A stretch of 64,000 nucleotides of DNA from NCBI GenBank assembly GCA_951406725.2, contig OX597826.1, forward strand, positions 38,006,001-38,070,000, given 5' to 3'. Origin of the DNA: Octopus vulgaris (taxonomy: Eukaryota). The notes under the pieces are model-generated. The model was not told the origin of the DNA, did no database searches, and worked only from the letters and a program-made list of their open reading frames with translations. The translations under genes and the position numbers were made by a program. This document shows, piece after piece, positions 1 through 12,914 of the stretch (positions are counted from its first letter, which is position 1; every line of letters begins with the position of its first letter).

Positions 1-246
1 CGGCAGACGTGTCCGAGCCAGCGCAGTCGTCTCCGCACGAGGAGGGCATGTATGCTTGGCATATTAGTCTGTTCTAGGATGACTCCGAATATATATATAT
101 ATTTATAGAATACGAATGAGGACCTTCAGAGGATGCTTGCACATCAAGTTCTACCTCCTATATAAGGGAGAATATAGTGAAATAACCACAGAACTTCAAC
201 ACCCAACCAATACGCTAAGTAAATCAACAGCTAAATAAATAAATTC

Positions 247-283
<37 letters not shown>

Positions 284-504
284 CCGATATCCATGGCATT
301 CTACAAATTTTATACAGCAATGATAACAGACTGACGCACGGCGGTGCCCCAGCATGGCCACAGTCTCAGAGTTGAAACATAGAAAAGAATAAAAGTATAG
401 AAGAATACAAAGGATGCCAGACTAACTGCATAAGAACGTGCGCGCACGTACCTTAAACAAGCATAGGGCCACTAGCCAGCCCATCAATATTTTAATAGGG
501 TTAA

Positions 505-733
505 GGCGGCGAGCTGGCAGAATCGTTTGCACGCCAGGCGAAATGCGTAGGCGTATTTCGTCTGCTGTTACGTTCTGAGTTCAAATTCCGCCGAGGTCAA
601 GTTTGCCTTTCATCCTTTCGGGGGTCGATAAATTAAGCACCAGTTACGCACTGGGGTCGATGTAATCGACTTAATCCGTTCGTCTGTCCTTGTTTGTCCC
701 CTCTGTGTTTAGCCCCTTGTGGGTAGTAAAGAA
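505..733 (+). mobile_element. tRNA-derived SINE, family A (central domain resembles the MetaSINE Meta domain)
   Basis: A-box-like TGGCAGAATCG, B-box GAGTTCAAATTCC, then GCCTTTCATCCTTTCGGGGGTCGATAAA; close copies at 5865, 50634, 52366. Confidence 0.85.
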
Positions 734-1489
734 TCAGAAAGTCGCGCGAATCAGAAAGTCACACAGATACAATTTCCTTTAGAAAACACAGGACGGATTG
801 TTGCAACCATACAGAGCTCTTGTATTAACGACTGTGAGACATTGTTAAAGAAAGTGTGTGTTTGGAGGAGAGAGAGGAGGGGGAAAGAAAGAAAGAAAGA
901 AAGAAAGACGATAGACCAGTAATGACTTTTAATTACACGCACAGACGCACACACTCACACTCACACACACATAAGGAGACTATAATTCCGCTATATACAG
1001 ATCTTCCATTAATGGCTGTGACATATCATTTCCTCTCTCTTTGTCTTTCTCTCTTTCTCTTTCTCTCTTTCTCTTTCTCTCTTTCTCTCCCTCTCTTACA
1101 GACAGACCGGAAATAAATTCTAATTCAATATCAACCAAGTGACAAATGGTGTATAATTACATTTTCCAATTAAGCCACAAAATAAATATGTCATTTACTG
1201 TAACTAAACTGTGTTTAACAGACATATCTGTGAACAATAGCGCCGTTGGTTATAGATTCCTAATAGGCCAATCACTGCTTCACTATATTTAACAGCAGGC
1301 GTAACAAAGGAGCGTCTGCGCAACACATGCAGAACAGTTATCACGAGGGACATTGCTTGAAAGCACCTGCTTAATGATTTTCCAGTAGACATTTACGTCA
1401 ATCTCCAATATCTGTTTCCGAAATATATATATATTTCTCATATGTATGTATATATGTATGTACGTATGTATGTATGTGTGTGTGTGCGT

Positions 1490-1565
<76 letters not shown>

Positions 1566-1807
1566 AGAGTGTTCGAACTAAATTTGACGTTATTTTATGT
1601 CCCCCGTTTTTTTTTGGGGGGGGTTTCAGAAGCAGTTTCGTGTATTGATAGAGTGTCAGCGGCTTTGGTTAACTGACGTGGAGGACGGACTGGAAACTAT
1701 GTGGAAGCATCTGAACATTGGAGAAGAGTTATCGTATCATAGTGATTCGTGCTGGGTATCAAAGCGCCGACATCATGATGCTGCTCAATGCTCCGTGGAC
1801 ATGGTAA

Positions 1808-2280
1808 TCATCATCATTGTTCGACCGTGGTCGAGATAATGGAATTTACTATGTTACGCCAGACTTCATCATAGCATTACAGAGGTCCTGTTGCTGGATG
1901 CCTGTATCCCTGGAGATTACATCAGGGTAGGAGAGTGTGCGCCCTCTGGTATTGCGAGCAGTTGGCTTCCAGAGGAGAAGAGTAGAAATTACCTCGTTTT
2001 CAGCTCTACAACAATGTCCAGCAAACTGGACTCTTCTACCTTTCACAAGAGATGATGCAGGTGGTAGTTTCCCATATATTTGTACTTTGGTTGGATGACG
2101 CTTCCACGAGAGATTTTGAGCTCTCATAAGGAGGTGAGTGTAAGTTCCATCCAACCGCCTCTCAAGCTTCTTTGAAAACGTCCAGGTTTCTGAGCCATAT
2201 AGTAGAATTGGTTCGACTGTGGCTTTGAAGATTTTAAGCTTGAAATCTCTACTTAGATTTGATGACTAGATCTTGATGTA
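1808..2280 (-). mobile_element. 5'-truncated RTE-clade LINE 3' end
   Basis: Minus frame reads LKIFKATVEPILLYGSETW...LDGTYTHLL...FAGHCCR...LLLWKP, the typical RTE RT C-terminus; short (TGA)n tail at 1808-1819. Confidence 0.85.
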
Positions 2281-2282
2281 TC

Positions 2283-2504
2283 GTGGAAACCAAATTCCCT
2301 TAAACTAAGATGGTCTTTGCTTGTTTCTCCAGAAAGAGTGACGTCATGCCACCCCACATCTTTGAACAGAACTTTAAACTCAATTCAGAAAGCTAAGGGA
2401 AGCTGGTGGAAACTGTAATCAAACCCTTGTTTGAGAAGGTTGCTACTCGAAGGCCATATGTGTGAAAGTAGGATTCGACTCCTTGCCATATTTCCGAAAA
2501 GAGA
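2283..2504 (+). pseudogene. Decayed Tc1/mariner (maT/DD37D-like) transposase fragment
   Basis: Reads TKFP*TKMVFACFS..DVMPPHIFEQNFKLNSES*..VETVIKP..EKVATRRPYV*K*DSTPCH, matching the VMV..MPPHFF...YVWQQDSAPCH pattern; 4 stops. Confidence 0.8.
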
Positions 2505-2967
2505 TTGACATCTTCTCAACTCTGAAGACAGAAACCAAATTTATGGTCATCTTTATATACATCCACTACTGGTTGCATACTCTGACTGCTTTTGCATGCT
2601 CCATCAGCCAGCATTTCAACTAATACGTAGTTCCGAGCCCCAGAAACAGCTGTCGGGCCTGAAATACCATGTTCTCTCCCCTTAGTTTTCTGTATTTTTT
2701 GCACTCCATGTAAATCTGTTCTGTAAATATATAAATATCTTTTGGCTTATACGTGAACGCTCATCTTCTGAATATTTTCAGTTTTTGCTTCTTTCTTTCT
2801 CTCTCACTCTCTCTCTCTCTCTCTCTCTTTCTCTTTCTCTCTCTCTCTCTCTCTCTTCATATGTATATATATATATATCCCAATATATATCTGTGTGTAT
2901 GTTTTATATATCAAGCGCAAGCGTGTTTATTCGTTTATTTGCACCGTTAGCTATCAGTCAATCCATC

Positions 2968-3042
<75 letters not shown>

Positions 3043-3259
3043 ACAGACATACAGATATAGATACATATATATATATATAGACATAGATGCAGACATATAT
3101 ATACACACACGTATATATATAAATGTGGGGGGGGGCTGTGAAAATGTACATATCCTTATAAATATATGTACATATACATATACACATATATTATATATAT
3201 GCATATATATTCATATATATACATATATGTATATATATATATATATATATGTATACATA

Positions 3260-3354
<95 letters not shown>

Positions 3355-3771
3355 TTGTATAATATATACACATATATATGCCTGAATATATGTATGCATA
3401 ATTGTTTATATATCGCTATGCGTCATTATATTTCATTATTACTGTTTTGTATTGTTATCACTATTTACTATCATATCATCGATATTCAGTTTATATGTTT
3501 GTTATTTTAATAATATATATTATGAATCAATATTTCAACTTGAATTACGAAGGATTGTTACTGTGTAAATACAATAGCAATCAATTTTATTGAATTCAAT
3601 TGAATAATTGAATAAAATATTTTTGAAAAAAAAAGATCGAGTGAATGTCCCTCGCAGGCATTACGATTGTTAGAAGTACCATTCTTTAAAAGTATTTCTT
3701 CTAAATACTGCTCTGAAGATGATTTGTTTCATTCGCTCTTTCTGTCTCTTACTCTCTTACTTTCGATTTCC

Positions 3772-3810
<39 letters not shown>

Positions 3811-3894
3811 TTCTTTTTTCTCTTTCTTTCTCTCTGTTTCTCTATCTGTTCCCAGAAAAGCGTTGGATTACACGAAGGTCCCTTCAAGAGTAGA

Positions 3895-3970
<76 letters not shown>

Positions 3971-4196
3971 TTATACATATCTATCTCTATATATATCTAC
4001 CTATCGATCTATCAATCTATATACATATATATATATATGTGTGTGTGTGTGTGTATACACTCATATGTTATATTTACATACATATGCATATATATGCACA
4101 GACAGATACGCATAGATAGATAGATACATACATACATACATACGCTCTCTTCTTTCAATAAACTTATGCTTCTTTCATATTTGTCTCTCCCTCTCG

Positions 4197-4261
<65 letters not shown>

Positions 4262-5254
4262 TTCCGCTCCTTCTCAATTATTGGTACGCGTGTATGATGC
4301 ATGTATGGGGTATGTCTATAAATACGTATCTATGCATGAAGGTACATATATAAATATGTACGTTCGTAAATTCTTTCGTGTACATGTTGTTTGTTTGCAC
4401 CTATTTATTTGTGAATACATAAATATTCGTTTGCATGTGAGCATGCATATGATTGCATGTGAGCTTATCTTTTTGCTTTATATTTAATCACGTGTTCATA
4501 AAATTATATCTTCATTTCTATAAAGATATATTACAGTCTAAAATTCAAGGATATTTTACATATCATCGCAATTTTGCGTGTGATTCTTAATTCAACTATT
4601 TTCGTTTGATGAAACCCTGGTTTTTAACATTTGCCGTAGTACCGCAATAATTACAGGTATAAATATAGCGCTATAGAAATGGAGGGGGGGGGCAGAATAT
4701 CTCTAGATTTCTCATTAGCTCTCTTATCAACCATTAGTTCGCAATAGATGTCTTCTTTATCTTTTATATTTAACATTATATAAACATCTGTTGAATCTCG
4801 ATACAAATTCTGCATCGGCCATCTTGTTGCTGAATCACAAAGCCTTAGACTTCAAAGTGAAAGTTACTTTACCAGCCCGTGATCCAAGATAGACGACTTT
4901 CTACATCGATGTCACTGTTACTTTGAGGGTTTTTACCAATATAACAATGCAAGACCATGTGGTAGAGCTGTGTAACCTCTGTGGTTGTGTTTCCCTGGTT
5001 GTCAGTCTGCGAGTTATTTCTGAGGAGACACTTTACAACTCTCACGATGTTATCTTTCTCTCATTTATGCCTGAGAATTTGATCCATGAATGCTTCTCTT
5101 CTGAATGCTCTTCGATGTTTCATGGTCAAAAGATGTTGTCGAAGGTGAGGCAAAATAAGCTTCAGAGATGCTTTGTCCCATGCAGAAACTGCAGAAGATA
5201 CTCAGAAGTTTTGCAAGCACTTCTGAATACATTACAAAGCAAGAAACCCTTCTC

Positions 5255-5518
5255 TATCGTCAGTAGGTGTCTCAGGGTCACAGGTGTTTCGCTCCTTCGC
5301 CTGTATACTTCACCTAAGTAGGACAGCGCGGACTGAGACAGTCTTCACTTACACAAAGGTTTCACTTGCGGCCTCTTATCAACCATAGCCATCTTGTATT
5401 AGTTTCCTTGATGGCATTCTTCAGTTGCCTAGGTCCCAGACTTATGTTCTGCAGGAAATAGCACACTGATTTAAGATGGAAAGTCGCGGCAGCCAACTTT
5501 CAACGGCCCCGTCGTCTT
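5255..5518 (-). mobile_element. Decayed HERO/R2-type non-LTR retrotransposon C-terminus and 3' UTR
   Basis: Minus reads PLKVGCRDFPS / KSVCYFLQNI..RQLKNAIKE..RWLWLIR*, like the PVEVGCRGF...SRWLWLKR end of HERO restriction-like endonucleases; one frameshift. Confidence 0.65.
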
Positions 5519-5864
5519 AGTCCTGATATTTCAATTTATTTACCTGAAATATTCAAAGACTGTTTTAATTTACGTTAAGCACCCACACCTTCCTTGTGCT
5601 TCTTCTAGCTATCGGTTTTGATGTAGACATTTCTGATGTTGATCAACAGTTTCATGGTTTAGCATCAATAGCTCAGATCCAATGGAATAGTCGTAATAGT
5701 ACCAAGAGCACGGATATAGTGACAGATCGTGGGCCGCGAAATATTTCTATGCGAACAGCTCTGAGAACCATTTTTTAATCTTTTTTGTATTTTATCAGGC
5801 TGTTATATTTCTTAATTGCGCATTCCTTGTGACAAGTATTGTCACAGAATTCATAGGTATACAC

Positions 5865-6087
5865 GAGCCGGCAGAATCGTTAGCACGCCGGGCGAAATGC
5901 GAAGCCGTATTTCGTCTGCCGTTACGTTCTGAGTTCAAATTCCGCCGAGGTCGACTTTGCCTTTCAGCCTTTCGGAGTCGATTAAATAAGTACCAGTTAC
6001 GCACCGAAGGTCGATATAATCGACTTCATCCGTTTGTCTGTCCTTGTTTGTCCTCTCTGTGTTTAGCCCCTTGTGGGTGGTAAAGAA
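5865..6087 (+). mobile_element. SINE family A with 12-bp target-site duplication
   Basis: Same body as 505-733; ATAGGTATACAC at 5853-5864 and 6088-6099. Confidence 0.88.
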
Positions 6088-6175
6088 ATAGGTATACACA
6101 CACACACGCACGCACGTACGCACACATGCACACACACAAACGCACACACATGCATACATACGCATACACACATGC

Positions 6176-6267
<92 letters not shown>

Positions 6268-6368
6268 GTAGGTATGTATGTATGTATGTATGTATCACAT
6301 ACATATATGTGTCACTTCTATTTTTTCGAACGGGAATTCAGCCATGCCAACTAGCCAAGCAGCTACTC

Positions 6369-6407
6369 TGTGCTGATAAAGAGCAATAACTCAGAAACCG
6401 GTCCACA
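6369..6407 (+). ncRNA. Degenerate minimal type I hammerhead motif (PLE type)
   Basis: tgtg CTGATAA a gag caataa ctc a GAAA ccgg TC caca: stem I, stem II and palindromic CCGG stem III are present; the C3.A8 mismatch suggests it is inactive. Confidence 0.55.
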
Positions 6408-6635
6408 TATGTTCTTTTGTGCTGGATGGGGATGCTGGGCCCCCTGTTCGAATATATAAGATATTGTGTCGTATAGCCAGCTGGGAACGATGTTTCCTGG
6501 GGCTAAACAACAGTAACATTAGTGCCATCCAGGACAGCCACATGATGTTGGCAAATAGTTTTTACTTAAAAAAATTGTTACTAAATATCTCCCTTTCAAA
6601 GGTTTAGAAATAATAATGTTTATATATATATATGT

Positions 6636-6744
<109 letters not shown>

Positions 6745-7695
6745 TAGGTAAGTAGATAGATACATACATACATATATACATATATACATATATGCATATA
6801 TACATACATATATATATATATACATATACATATGCGTATACATATATGCATGACTAGACAGACAGACAGAGAAAGCATGTATATATGTACATGACAATAT
6901 ATACGTGGACGTTAATAGCAAGTTTAATATATATGTGTGTGTGCGTTTGTATTTCTATGCACCTGTACGTTTGTGATTTTATGTATATATGTGTATGTGT
7001 GTATGTGTGTGTATGTGCGTGTGCGTGTATGTGTGTATGTATGTATGCGCATAGTCATCAGCGTATAGGTCTATATGTATGTAATGTTTCCACATGGTTG
7101 TCTATTTGCCGATCTCTCTCGTTGTTTTCGTATCCATCTGTCTTTCCACTGCTCTTAATTTAAAATGAGAAAATAAGCTGGAACTTGCAGAAAAACAATG
7201 ATTAGTTTAGCTCTAATCAAATCTAACAAACCATTCTATAAAATCATATTTTCTCATTAATGGCATAAAATTCTTATCGTGTGAAACGATGGAAGAATAA
7301 ATGTTTGGCGAGGCAACATATAAAAATAAGAAAACACGAAATGGAGACAAACTAAATCAAGAAATAATTGGAGAATAATGGGGAGGGGATAGAAGAGCAA
7401 AACTGGGGATAAAGACAATATAAAGAGAGAGGAGGGAAAGAGGAAGACGAGCGCTAAAACAAAAGGGAAATGATTCGATACTTGAAGAAAACAGACAATC
7501 AAATCATTTGGTTTTATATCTAGTGAAATACTTTGTGTGTACCTGCATACGCACACACGCTCACACACACAAACACACACATACACACACACACATATAT
7601 ATATACATATACATATACACATTTATATATACATATGTATATCTATATATAGAGAGAGAAAGAGGAAAAGGAGGTAGTCAGAATTTCGGATAATT

Positions 7696-7740
7696 CTTTA
7701 TTAGCGCTTTCGTTCGTTTTTCGAACTCGTCAAGACAAAA
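7696..7740 (-). ncRNA. Minimal hammerhead-like motif, left arm
   Basis: Minus: ttttgt CTTGACGA gttcg aaaaa cgaac GAAA gcgc TA ataaag; variant core (extra U or C3U). Confidence 0.55.
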
Positions 7741-8380
7741 TCAAAATCAAAATGATAAAAACAGAACGCTTCGTTGTTTATTTATATGAATCTGATGCTT
7801 TTTTGCTTTGTTTAAAAGAGGAGAAAATTGTTTTTGTCCTTTATTTTTTTTGTTTTGTTTTGTTTGTTTGTTTTTTGTTTTTTGGAAAAAGGAGAGGGAG
7901 AAAGAAAAGCAAAGGTGGTGGAACTTATATAGAGAGAAGTTTCAAAACAATCAAGAAAGGGAAGAAAAATAATAATAAAGGATAGGGAAAGGAGAGTAGA
8001 TAGATAGAGAGAGAGAGAGAGAGAGATAAGCAAACAGAGAGAGGGGGAGTTCTTTACAATTTGATGTGGTCAATTCATTGAAATTTCATTACAAAGCATT
8101 TTGTCTTTCTCCTTTCTTTTTTTCTTTCCATTGTATACCTATCAGCACATTAGTAAATAAAAACATTTTCTCTCAAGGTCTGGTGACCTTTCAAAGATAT
8201 CAGTTTTAGGAAGTAGAATGGAAGAAATAAGAAAATTAACTATTTGAAAGAGGAACAGAGGAACTACATTTTTATTATAATTTTTTAATAGTAATGATGA
8301 TGGATGAAGAGAAAATATTTATATTACACTATTATTGTAGTTTCTGAATGTTAATAATATGATACTCATCTCTATAAATA

Positions 8381-8417
<37 letters not shown>

Positions 8418-9466
8418 CATTGGGATTTTGACAACTGTTGTTCTTATAGAACTTACATATACCTCGAAAGAATACTAGAACCATTCTACCACTGATAAGG
8501 AAAGATAACTAATGTAGCTACTTGGCGAAGTAATTTGTGAAAAAGATGTCTTTTGAATTCTCTTATCCATACAAGAAGCAGAAAAATAATCCTACAAAAC
8601 GATGAAAGATACTCAAAATAATATATTTAAGCATACCCTGCTTTGTTATATAATTTATATCCTACAGAGTGGCCTCCAGCTAAATATACAATATACATAC
8701 AAACTCATTTATATGTTTCATTAAATGTACATCGAAAATAATAAACAGTACCAAATTATTTTCTTATATTCTGACTTTATTTTCCTAATTTATGAATATT
8801 TTACTAATATTTGATGTTTGTTCATACAGAACATGGAATTACACAGAATATAGGACTTGACTCTACAAGTGTAAAGGAATATACATTTTCATGGGACTTT
8901 GAACTTTGAACTCTATTTTTTTTACTTTTCAGTGATGACCACACCCTCCAACTTTTATTTCTTTCATCCTACCTCCTAAAATTGACATTTTAGAAGGGTT
9001 ACCAGCTTTTTGTGAATAAATGTGTCTATTTACAAATATGTTGATACGTATAAAATGGAAAGAAAAAAGAAAAATGCTTTGTAATGAAATTTCAATGAAT
9101 TGACCACATCAAATTGAAAAGAAACCGCTCTTCCTCACTCCCTCTCTTTCTCCCTAGCTATCTATCTATTTATCTATCTACCTGTCTGTCTATCTATCTA
9201 TCGATCTATCTATCTGTCTGTCTATCTATCTGTCTATCTGTCTGTCTATCTATCTATCTATCTATATATCCTGTCCTTATTTTTTATTACAATTTTTTTT
9301 CCTCTTTCTTGATTGTCCTGAAACCTCTCTCTCCGTCTCTCTCTGTCAACTCCCCCACCTTGCTTTTCTTTCTCTCTTTCCTCTTTTTTCCCAAAAACAA
9401 AGCAAAAAGTACCCGATTCATATAAATGAGCAAAGAAACGTTCTGTTTTTATCATTTTGATTTTGA

Positions 9467-9511
9467 TTTTGTCTTGACGAGTTCTAAAAACGAACGAAAG
9501 CGCTACTAAAA
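9467..9511 (+). ncRNA. Minimal hammerhead-like motif, right arm
   Basis: ttttgt CTTGACGA gttc taaaaac gaac GAAA gcgc TA ctaaaa; stem I weaker than in the left copy. Confidence 0.5.
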
Positions 9512-9605
9512 TATTATTCAAAATTCTGACATCCTCCTTTTTCTCTATGTACAATATCTGTAGATCACTTCAAACACCCTATAATTACACACACACACAC
9601 ACACG

Positions 9606-9728
<123 letters not shown>

Positions 9729-10055
9729 ATAGATACACATTCATACATATATACTTACAATAAACATATACATGCATTATATACACACAGATACATTACA
9801 TTGTATACACACTTTATATTATATACCTACATGCTTACACACAGATTGCATGTACACATACACACACACACATGTAAATACATAGATATATATGTGTGTG
9901 TATGTATGTATATACCTACAAAAATATGTAAAAGAACTATATATTTCAATCTATCTCAAAAATTAGATGATAGAATAGACAGAGTTAAAATTGGTTGAGG
10001 TGCGGTCGTAATTGCGTACCATTGTATCTTCTCAAACAGTTACATATCTTACATG

Positions 10056-10091
<36 letters not shown>

Positions 10092-10488
10092 CATACACAT
10101 ACGTATATATATGTATATATGTATATATATATACATTCATACATACATACGCATATATTATACTATCATCTCTTCTCCATTTTTATCAAAATTCTTCAGT
10201 TTTATGGGATTTCTTTCCATAAAATCACAACACACCATATGCAAATATATACATACTATATTGTATATTGATATATATGTGTGTATGTGTGTGTATACAC
10301 GTACATTTATACCTATATATATATATATATATATACCAATTAAGGACTGAACACGAAAAGTGGACAGTCAACATGCTAGATATAGACGTCAAATCGTCAT
10401 TCACCACAAAAGATTATGTTCTCAGATCAAACTCAACACAAAACCATAGCAATAAACAAGTGAAAAATATACGAAATAAAATAATTAC

Positions 10489-10553
10489 CCATGTACTAAC
10501 TTAGTTTCAGCTGTTATTTTCCGCAAGGAAAACTGCAGCCATCATCAGCATGG
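10489..10553 (-). ncRNA. Type I hammerhead ribozyme, copy 1
   Basis: Exact reverse complement of 11089-11153. Confidence 0.85.
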
Positions 10554-11088
10554 TCCGTTATAAATGTAATTTGCTGGACTAGATGCAAACACGATACCGA
10601 AATATCGCGTGCATGGAGTTCAGCCTATTACATTTGAATATATCTTTCAAATGCCTTTACTTTGGCGCGTTGAAACCCGAGGAAACTAGCCTGCAGCTAA
10701 TAATTAGCAGCAGTTAATTTATCGGTTAGAGAACATATTTATTTATATAAAATTAATTAAGGGTAGAAATTGATATTTATCAATTAAGACCAGTGGTCTA
10801 GCATATTAAAAAAGAATCCGAAGATTAAAATATTTATATATACCAATTAAGGACTGAACACGAAAAGTGGACAGTCAACATGCTAGATATAGACGTCAAA
10901 TCGTCATTCACCACAAAAGATTATGTTCTCAGATCAAACTCAAAGCTAATTATTAGCTGCAGGCTAGTTTCCTGCGCCAAAGTAAAGGCATTTGAAAGAT
11001 ATATTCAAATGTAATAGGCTGAACTCCAAGCACGCGATATTTCGGTATCGTGTTTGCATCTAGTCCAGCAAATTACATTTATAACGGA

Positions 11089-11153
11089 CCATGCTGATGA
11101 TGGCTGCAGTTTTCCTTGCGGAAAATAACAGCTGAAACTAAGTTAGTACATGG
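11089..11153 (+). ncRNA. Type I hammerhead ribozyme, copy 2
   Basis: ccatg CTGATGA t ggctg (ca gttttcc ttgc ggaaaat aa) cagct GAAA cta agt tag TA catgg: stems I-III pair, core intact, GUA cleavage triplet at 11146-11148. Confidence 0.85.
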
Positions 11154-11594
11154 GTAATTATTTTATTTCGTATATTTTTCACTTGTTTATTGCTATGGTT
11201 TTGTGTTGAGTTTGATCTGAGAACATAATCTTTTGTGGTGAATGACGATTTGACGTCTATATCTAGCATGTTGACTGTCCACTTTTCGTGTTCAGTCCTT
11301 AATTGGTATATATAAATATTTTAATCTTCGGATTCTTTTTTAATATGCTAGACCACTGGTCTTAATTGATAAATATCAATTTCTACCCTTAATTAATTTT
11401 ATATAAATAAATATGTTCTCTAACCGATAAATTAACTGCTGCTAATTATTAGCTGCAGGCTAGTTTCTCGGGTTTCAACGCGCCAAAGTAAAGGCATTTG
11501 AAAGATATATTCAAATGTAATAGGCTGAACTCCATGCACGCGATATTTCGGTATCGTGTTTGCATCTAGTCCAGCAAATTACATTTATAACGGA

Positions 11595-11659
11595 CCATGC
11601 TGATGATGGCTGCAGTTTTCCTTGCGGAAAATAACAGCTGAAACTAAGTTAGTACATGG
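11595..11659 (+). ncRNA. Type I hammerhead ribozyme, copy 3
   Basis: Identical to copy 2, 506 bp downstream. Confidence 0.85.
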
Positions 11660-11897
11660 GTAATTATTTTATTTCGTATATTTTTCACTTGTTTATTGCT
11701 ATGGTTTTGTGTTGAGTTTGATCTGAGAACATAATCTTTTGTGGTGAATGACGATTTGACGTCTATATCTAGCATGTTGACTGTCCACTTTTCGTGTTCA
11801 GTCCTTAATTGGTATATATAAATATTTTAATCTTCGGATTCTTTTTTAATATGCTAGACCACTGGTCTTAATTGATAAATATCAATTTCTACCCTTA

Positions 11898-11957
<60 letters not shown>

Positions 11958-12023
11958 ACACTTGCCAAAGATGCCCATGTGGTAGGTGAGCAAACTTGCT
12001 ACCACACAGCCACAGGGATAGAT

Positions 12024-12130
<107 letters not shown>

Positions 12131-12380
12131 CAAACATACATTAACAAACACATATATTTACATTTAAATATACATATATGCATATATACGTATACACACA
12201 TAAACACACATCGCTACTAACATCATCACTGCAACAGTAGTCTCTCTAATACAACCACAGGTTCTATCCTCTTATCACAACCACATATTATTGGTCTTGA
12301 ACCCTTCTAAGACTCTCACCTTTTTAAACACACTTCGCCCTTTAACCCTTATTATTTAAGTACTCACATAAATTCTCCTA

Positions 12381-12658
12381 CTGACCAAACTGTGTCAGTG
12401 GATTTCGAAGATGGAACCTGAAAGAGGCCTGTCATGTGCGTGTGCGTGTGTGTGTGTGTGTTTGTGTTTCCCATCAGCGCTTGGCAACTGGTGTTAGTGT
12501 TTTTACGTCCTCGTATCGGCTTAAGAAGCCGATACAATAAGTACTAAGCGTTAAAAAATAAATACTGGCTCAGTTCACTCGACTAGAAAATAATTCTCCA
12601 AGGCGGTGCCCCAGCATGGCCGCAGTCTTATGACTACAGACACATGAAAGATAAAATA
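12381..12658 (+). mobile_element. Diverged partial SINE family B
   Basis: Ends in AAGGCGGTGCCCCAGCATGGCCGCAGTC like 59958-60350. Confidence 0.7.
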
Positions 12659-12914
12659 AACTTCACTGTTTACAAAATGCAATACATAGACCTTATAGAA
12701 CCATAACAAAAGAAAAACAATAACCTAAGCCCTCGATAATCAGAAGTTGGTATTCCGGTGGGTCGGTTCCGGAAAAGGCAAGTTCGTCCTTGCTGCTGAC
12801 CCACCAGGTATGATTCAGCACCTGGAAAGAGATTTCGACAGCTAGTAACAGTGTGGTCTGTTGCTGGATCAATGACACTGGTAAGGAGTTTGTGTCCTGG
12901 TTCAGTTGAGAGTT

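Larger units (their letters stand above)
7661..9547. repeat. Long imperfect inverted duplication (arms about 7661-8237 and 8950-9547, spacer about 710 bp)
   Basis: 7702-7768 = revcomp 9439-9505 (66/67); 8057-8102 = revcomp 9071-9116 (46/46); the inner parts align at roughly 75-80% by eye. Confidence 0.9.
10336..11906. mobile_element. HHR-containing 506-507-bp unit array: 1.2 inverted units (10336-10943) plus 1.9 direct units (10945-11906); PLE pseudo-LTR or retrozyme-like
   Basis: Period 507 (10336/10843) and 506 (11089/11595); copies nearly identical; (TA)n on both sides; no ORF. Confidence 0.9.

Noticed and set aside
1-249. Possible LTR fragment (TATA, AATAAA, terminal CA)
   Set aside because: Cut by the window edge; no second terminus, PBS or TSD visible.
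5255-5300. GAAA...CTGACGA in the HERO-like 3' UTR as a permuted hammerhead
   Set aside because: I could not form the three required stems.
4923-5321. 132-aa non-repetitive ORF
   Set aside because: No recognisable domain, non-ATG start, overlaps the 3' UTR of a decayed HERO-like element.
10336-11906. CRISPR-like or satellite interpretation of the array
   Set aside because: No short repeat-spacer alternation; long identical units with a ribozyme fit a retroelement origin.
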